Assembly: GCA_951406725.2 (NCBI GenBank)
Contig: OX597826.1
Location: 77,066,001 to 77,130,000 of the forward strand
Reading direction: 5' to 3'
DNA: 64,000 nucleotides
From: Octopus vulgaris
Taxonomy: Eukaryota
Shown here: positions 54,780 to 64,000 of the stretch, one piece after another
Layout: every line of letters starts with the position of its first letter
Position numbering within the stretch: the stretch's first letter is position 1
The notes under the pieces: generated by a model
What the model was told of the DNA's origin: nothing
Database searches by the model: none
What the model saw: the letters and a program-made list of their open reading frames with translations, nothing else
Program-made: the position numbers and the translations under genes

Positions 54780-55535
54780 TGGCTTTAAATATTGGCCCGA
54801 GGCCAGAAAATTCAGGTGAGAGGCTAAGTTGATTACATCAACCCCAGGGTTAAAATCTTTTTTTAGTTATTGACCCCAAAAGAATAAACGTTAAAAATCG
54901 ACCTCATTGGAATTTGAACTCAGAAGGTCAAGTCGGACGAAATGACACGTGAAGTCTTGCTAACAATTCTGCCAGCTTGCCCCCATAATCTGTTGTTAAG
55001 GCGGCGAGCTGGCAGAATCGTTAGCACGCCGGGCGAAATACTTAGCGGTATTTCGTCTGCCGCTACGTTGTGAGTTCAAATTCCGCCGAGGTCGACTTTG
55101 CCTTTCATCCTTTTGAAGTCGATAAATTAAGTACCAGTTACGCACTGGAGTCGATATAATCGACTTAATCCGTATGTCTGTCCTCGTTTATCCCCTCTGT
55201 GTGTAGCTCCTTGTGGGTAGTAAAGAAATAGGTATTTCGTCTACCGCTACGTTCTGAGTTCAAATTCCTCGAGGTCGACATTGCCTTTCGTCTTTTCGAA
55301 GTCGATAAATCAAGTCCCAATGAAACATGAATTTCAGGCCTTGTGCCTTCAGTAGAAAGGATTGTTGTTGTTGTTGTTGTTGTTGTTATTCCGCCGAGAT
55401 CGACTTTGCCTTTCATCATTTCCTGGAGGATGAAATAAGTACCAGCTGAGCACTGAGGTCGGTGTAATAGAGTTATCCCCCCCTTACCCGATCCCCTGGA
55501 GTTGCCGGCCTTGTGCCAAAATTGGAAACCAATTC
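54780..55535. mobile_element. SINE family A cluster: minus copy 54780-54985 head-to-head with a multimeric plus copy 55000-55535
   Basis: ggcggcgagctggcagaatcgttag head at 55000. The core repeats at about 55085, 55270 and 55395. Confidence 0.85.
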
Positions 55536-56289
55536 GTATGTATGGATGTATCTATGTATCTAACTGTCAGTGTGTGAGAAAACCATCACATCAACACACA
55601 CACACATATACACAAACACACACATTCTTTGTTTTGTCCTGTACTGTCCATAATATTTATCTCAACGTAAACCTTTGTGGTTAATAAAGAAATCATTATC
55701 ATCATTATTACGATTATTATTATTATTTATGACCAGCGGTATATTTAGTTATTAGGCCTTTTCAGAACATACCTAATTAAAACTAATTTTTTAAAACATG
55801 AAAAGCTAGCGGGAGATGTGGTGGGTGTCTGTTCTATAGCAATTAGCTGTTCATTATTTTAATTCTGGAAAATAAATGCCAAGCGCCAATCAGAAATGAG
55901 AGAAACGAGACTAGATTTCATCACTTCCGCTTTGTGTTTCATTTTCCAAAGAAGGCGTTAGTAACGGCTTCAGAGCTTTTGATCATATAACAGCTAAATC
56001 CCCATCGAAAAGGGGTTACAAATACAACAGCAAAACTCCTATAAATGCCAGACTTTTACACCTCAGCAGCAAATCAATATTTTTAAATCACGTTTTTCTG
56101 CAACAATCAATCTGACGCTAAAATTTACATTAAAAAAAAATTAAATGCGATGTAAAGTCACATGAGTTAAATGAAAGGAATGTTTGCGAAATATTGCAAA
56201 AATTATTATAGGGTTTGTTCATAGTGTGAGAAATATCTATATACACTCATATATGCGTGTAAGTATAAGTGTGTGTGTGTGAGTGTATT

Positions 56290-57877
<1,588 letters not shown>

Positions 57878-58370
57878 ATAGTACCTTTTTCCGCCTCCTG
57901 CCCCCCCCCTTACTTACACACAAGTTGGTACCAGTGAGTTAATCTATTTATCTCCCTCTCTTTGTTGTGTTTTTTATAATTTCTCTATTTCTGTGTCACT
58001 CTCGATATACATCAATCTGTCTTCTACACTGACATTGTGTACAGATTTTAAATTATGCATTGACAACACCCGTTTCCTTCATACAAAATTACATTAGGCT
58101 ATATATGTGTGTCTGTACACACAATTAAACGTAAGTATATAAAGATGAATATGTGTATATATATATATATATATATGTATGTGTTTACAAAAAAAATGGT
58201 GCATATATAGAGATGTATACAAAAGTCTAGCTAATTCTGAAAGTACAGTGTATGTATATAAGTCTGTATTTAAATATGCGAAAACACACACAAACACACA
58301 CACATTCATAAATTTCATTTAGATTCACGTAGTGTATCTATGTATTGCCCGTTCTTTCTTTAATTCTCAC

Positions 58371-58416
<46 letters not shown>

Positions 58417-58426
58417 TCTGCACATA

Positions 58427-58478
<52 letters not shown>

Positions 58479-58757
58479 TATATGCTTACACACACACACA
58501 CACACATATAAGAAGCATTAATTTAAACCTTATTGCAAGCATTTTACGTCCCATCACGAAGTCACGGCACATCAAACTATTTCTTCGCCTTAAATCTTGA
58601 GAAATTCTCTTATATACATGTGTGTGTTTTCTTGTACGTGTGAGTGTACGTTCTTTTCTGTATGTTTATATGCATGCATACTTATGAATGTATGTGTGTG
58701 TGTGTATATATATATCGATAAGTATTTGTAACAGGTCTAGGAAGTTAATGAACTTTG

Positions 58758-58833
58758 AGCAGTCCTTAGTTGGTATAAAACTATATAGTATATATATATA
58801 TACCATATAGTTTTATACCAACTACGGACTGCT
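58758..58833. repeat. 76-bp near-perfect palindrome centred on (TA)n
   Basis: agcagtccttagttggtataaaactatat..atatagttttataccaactacggactgct, 2 mismatches. Confidence 0.92.
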
Positions 58834-59112
58834 AATAAAATGTATGTGTGTGTGTGTGTGTATATGTATGAATTTTCTTTCAGCATCTCTTTCAATCACT
58901 CTCACTCACTACTTCAAAGTACACTTCTAAGTGTGTGTGTGTATGTGTGTGTGTGTGTGTGTGTTTGTGTTTACTCGCGTGTGTGTATTTGGAGATGAAG
59001 TACAAATTTAGTATGCTTCGGACCTACATTACCTGAGAGAGGAATAGGAAGCAAGGTAGAGACAGAATCATAGAGAGCCAGCGAGAGAGAATAAGAGACA
59101 GAGATAGATAGA

Positions 59113-59152
<40 letters not shown>

Positions 59153-59336
59153 CAGAGCGGGAGAGAGAGAGAGAGACTGGCCGCCGAGTAGACAGACTGA
59201 CACGATTTTAACCACACAAGCTCATAGGCAGAAATGCTGTTGAAGTAAATGGGTATGGATTTGACATGCGCATGTGAATATACCTAAATCTATGCGAGTC
59301 TATGTATGTAAATATAAAGGCCTTGCTGAGTGTGTA

Positions 59337-59373
<37 letters not shown>

Positions 59374-59763
59374 CTGTGTAGGTCTGCGAAACTATGAGTC
59401 CGCTGGAAGGAGGACGTGTGCCTGGATGTATGGCTGCTAACGAACATTCTTCTCACAAATCAACAGCACGTTTGTGCGAAGCTTCACTCCCTTTCAGATT
59501 TTAACACCTCATTATTAGATTTGTAAATCATGAAATCATAAAATACAAAGATGGAGAATGGGGGAGGGGGAAGGGGGGAAAGCAACGAACACACACACAC
59601 GCGCGCATATTAGCACAGACACACAGACACGTACACACATACATGCACACACACACGAATTCAAATACTCTACATAGACATGCACGCACATCACACCCAC
59701 ATGCATGGGCACAGATACACATGCAAACGAATATATATGTATATATATGTATGTATGTATATT

Positions 59764-59800
<37 letters not shown>

Positions 59801-60349
59801 TAACTCATAATGATGGAGAATATGCATATACAAATGTGTGTGGTGTGTATAAATGTGTGTGTGTGTGTGTTGAAAGAGAGCGGCGGGAAAGAGAGAAACT
59901 GGGGCAACTTTAGAGAACGCTATAAAAATGTCTTGTCAAAAATAGAGAAGAAAAAAAAAGATGGGAGATGATTGGAATGTAGGTAACTGGAGAGAGAGTT
60001 CTAAAAGATGAAATTTCAGGACAACACATGCCGACGTCTCCAAGTTAAAAATAAAAAGCTTATATTTGGAACGAGACCAAAAAGTATTGTAACGATTTTT
60101 TTTTCACTTGATGACTAACGAAATAACTTACAAGTAACATCTTCCCTTAATATCATCCCATGACTTCCGTTCTATTATTTTGGTTTTCATAAATTGTAGC
60201 ATCTAAACACAGAGTCCTCCACACATTCACACTTGCCCTGCTGCCGACCGACCATTTTAGCTTTAGCCGCCATTTTAAGTAAGGTAGAAGTAGAACTATG
60301 AGCGATTTGCCTGGGTACGCATTCACTGAGGGATGTCTCTGCATGCATT

Positions 60350-60397
<48 letters not shown>

Positions 60398-60594
60398 CAA
60401 AATAAGAAAATGGAGAAATACACCTTAATCAATAATCAACTACCAGATAATACCCAATCACATAATTTATTAAATTTATATATATATAAAGAGAGAGAGG
60501 GAGAGAGTATGTGTGTGTCTGTGTGTGTGTGACAGTATTATATATTATGTATGTACACACAAACACACATATATACGTATGTATGTATGTATGT

Positions 60595-60897
60595 ATATGC
60601 AGATTTGTATGTTTTATTTTATGCATGTATTCTCATGCATATAGTTGCATATCTAGATATACTCATATATATTTAAATGTTAAACCTTTGGATTGTTTTA
60701 CAGTTCCAGAGATGGATTGGATCTGTAATCTTCGAATTAGCTTTCTCCTTTCTGGTTTTGAGAAGCCTAATTTCTCAAGATTGGTATTCAGGCAGGGTGT
60801 TACATATCCCAGGGCCCCAATAATTACAGGTATAAACCTCAACCTGCAATATGGATAGAGTACCTGCAAATTTCTCAACAGTTCTGCGTAGGTATTG
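60595..60897 (-). mobile_element. 5'-truncated RLE-type retrotransposon embedded in (TACA)n
   Basis: NTYAELLRNLQVLYPYCRLRFIPVIIGALGYVTPCLNTNLEKLGFSKPERRKLIRRLQIQSISGTVK. (ATGT)n on both sides (60577-60594 and 60898-61005). Confidence 0.8.
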
Positions 60898-60905
60898 TAT
60901 GTATG

Positions 60906-60939
<34 letters not shown>

Positions 60940-61344
60940 TGTATGTATGTATGTATGTATGTATGTATGTATGTATGCATGCATACATGTATGTATGTAT
61001 GTATGTATATAATTACCTCTTGAAAGAAACTCGACAGTCATTAAAAATGCATGTATACAGTTTGCATGCAAAAACACATACTACACGTAGACGTAAATAT
61101 TAACTCTCTTTTAAGTGAAAGCAGTAAGCTATCAGGAAATGAGTATAAGCGCAGACATAAGGATCAGTTAAAGTGTGCACCCGGGACGTTAGCCGAGGGT
61201 TTCGACCGGAATTTCTCCCTAAAGACTGGCTATACTTCTGAAGCAAAAGACCAGATATGATTGGAGTAAAGAAACAGGGTAAGATTCATAGACTTTGCAG
61301 TAGCGTACGTATGTATGTAATCATTTGGAAACCAAATATAATTA

Positions 61345-61490
61345 GTGGAAACCAAATATAAGAGTTGTTCTTGTGGTAATTGGTGCATTTGGTACAACAT
61401 CTGAACTGCTATCTAAAGTAAGATATTAGAATTCAGACAGGTATTGAGAATCTGCAAGAAATTGCCATCAGGCATTCTGAAAAAAAGCAA
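61345..61490 (+). pseudogene. Decayed R4/Dong C-terminal fragment
   Basis: IRVVLVVIGAFGTT..IQTGIENLQEIAI resembles TIPIIVGALGM..NIQKIAL of ORF 2342-2644. Confidence 0.55.
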
Positions 61491-62715
61491 AAATAAAGAG
61501 GTTTGTATTTGTCTGAGTGTGTATATGTGTGTATATGTTGTATATATGCGTGTGAGAGCGTGTGTGTGTGTGGGAGAGAGAGAGTGAGAGACTCTGTGTG
61601 TGTGTGTGTGTGTGCCTGAACAACTCTCAGAAACGTCCTTAGTTCGCGCTGCAAATGAATAACCTACAGGATTTTCAGGGATTAGTATATCCAATTTGCT
61701 TCATATATCATTGAAAAGAAACATACAAAAAAAAAAGACAAGTGAGCAAGGCAAAAGTCTAAAAAGCAAAGAATAAATATCTCTGTATCTATTTTTTTAG
61801 AAAGCAAATTATAAGCAATCACTAAACGAAATCACCGTCACTCAAAAATCATTATATTTTCTTTCTTTTTGGTTTCTGTAATTTTAGTTTTGGACAATTC
61901 CTTAATTGTTTAAAACAATTCGCTTGATATTAGGGATTGAAGGAGGTACAAGCATCCCTCTAATACCTTTATTTATTTATTTATTGGTGGTGGTGTGCAA
62001 TGAAAACGCTTTGAATATCCTGAAACATTTTTGGACTGATTTGAAATAGCACTCTTCCATTTTGGGATTTTTCTGATTTGATTTAAGTACAAATATAGTA
62101 ACTATCATTATTACACCTGTTTGTTTTGATACTAAGATGGGGAAAAAATCCACCTTCTTTGTTAAAAACTTTCGATCTGAGTTTGAACCCCCCAAGAAGC
62201 AAAATTCGTTTGGAAGAATAGCAGTACCAGTAGACTGAGAGTAAGCTCCATCAAGGCAACTAGTATTTCCTTCCAAGGTCGCTTAATTAACTGTTCTCTT
62301 CCTCAATTGGCTGTGTAAGTTATTTCGAAAATTTGTTATGAGGCAGAATTTGTCATGAGTATGATTCTAACGTCTTCCTTTGGTTTATTGGTTCTGGTCA
62401 AAGAAATGATTCGCTGGACAAGATTAAGACGACACTGCTTTACTTCCTCAGCAAAACACTCTTTACCAGTTTGAAGAGGAATGTTAGGATAGAGGAAGAA
62501 GAACCACACTTCTGGAAATGCGGAGCAACGTGGATGAGTGTCACGAGAATAATCTCTATGGTTAGTCTGCTTTTGGGAGTGTTATGTACGCTTCAAATCG
62601 GATGTCTAGTTTATGATGGGTTCCTATGATTAGCACAATGTGTCTGCCTTCCTTTTGAACAACATACACAAGCACACACACACACACACATACTTAATCA
62701 CAAATACATCATGCG

Positions 62716-62783
<68 letters not shown>

Positions 62784-63074
62784 TGTGATTATGTATATAT
62801 TGATTATTGATTGAAGACACATTAAACAGTGATGATTAAAATAAAATTGCATTCTTAGTGGACTGTAAACGACTGATTCGGTGTTCATAACTGATGAAGT
62901 GTAACCACGCAAAATATGTGTTTCACACATGTATGAAGTCTTTCGTAGCCCATCTCAGTGTTTTCAGACACAGTTTATAAGCATTTCTCCCCTATGACTA
63001 ACACTCTAGCGAAGATCTTTCTACGTTTCAGTGAGCACGGACGTGTGAAATGCACACACACACACAGACACACA

Positions 63075-63149
<75 letters not shown>

Positions 63150-64000
63150 ATACATACATAATCATTTGCTTTTCATTTGTTGTTTTCTGTCATGTTTGCT
63201 GAGAGTATACTTATGAAAGATATGGTTGTAAATTTGTTCACAAATTTAATTTTATAAACGTGGTATCTGTGTTCTAGTTAATTAATCCACTCTGTAAATA
63301 AAGTCTGACCTGAAGTCGGTTTTGCAATTCATAAGGTACAGCCCACTACAATGCCTCAGAAAGCAGAGTAGAAAAAAAAAGAGTGTTATCGAAACCTGAC
63401 TATGGCTTTAACGAAAGCTAAAACTAATCGATTAGTTAAGTGCATCTCTCTTCTGAATTATGGATGGGGTCTATTTTATATTTTCTCTCAACTGGCAGGG
63501 AATGGTTAATCTTTTACTGAAGAAGGTTAAATACAAACTAGTGAGATCCTTCCTGTTTTCGGCCAATGGGGGAGACAAAAAGCTGCAGTGTAACCAATTT
63601 TTATCTTTTACACAAACGGCTAGTCTTGCACTAATAATATATATATAAATGTCTGTGTGAGTAATATATATCATTATTTATAATTTACGCATATCTATTT
63701 ATTTATTTATTCATTCGATCATGTATATGATTTCTCAATACTTAGCGGATATTTTTGCCCACCTTTTCGTTTTCACATATCCTTTAACTATTCTTTCGAG
63801 TTAGCAAATGAAAATGTAAACCGTTGTTTGGAGATATTTACAGCATGTGTGCATGTAATCTGAAAAGGAACAATCATGAGTCGGATGTGATAAAAATTAT
63901 GTATGAAACGAGAGAAAAAACTGACAACGCGCATAAAATGTAACCTCACATAAATCACAAGCCTCTTCCTTCTCGCAAACACTTTATATAAAGACTGGTA

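Noticed and set aside
61977-62276. 99-aa ORF with SCLDGAY and FCFLGGS, vaguely Harbinger-transposase-like
   Set aside because: Motif spacing is unconvincing and no TIRs were seen. It needs a tBLASTx or HMM search.

Overview
This is AT-rich, microsatellite-saturated eukaryotic DNA with no recognisable host protein-coding exon. The repeat landscape fits a coleoid cephalopod, probably Octopus (inference). Most short ORFs in the track are microsatellite artefacts. All real coding remnants are transposon-derived: a near-intact R4/Dong-type RT plus restriction-like-endonuclease retrotransposon stacked with two more elements in a (TAA)n tract, a (TACA)n-associated RLE family, a Penelope-like RT/GIY-YIG fragment, and decayed DD41D and DD34E Tc1/mariner transposons. 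MITEs, a Helentron-like element and several SINE families are also present. The main unexplained signal is a set of small non-coding elements carrying minimal type I hammerhead ribozyme (HHR) motifs. One family of about 340 nt has three related copies (38.2, 40.7 and 48.0 kb) that appear circularly permuted and carry fold-back inverted duplications, like a retrozyme. Another is a tRNA-headed SINE with a hammerhead in its body and a target-site duplication (21.9-22.2 kb). Further HHR or fold-back relics are scattered through the window. Alignments were done by eye, so coordinates of degenerate repeats are approximate.
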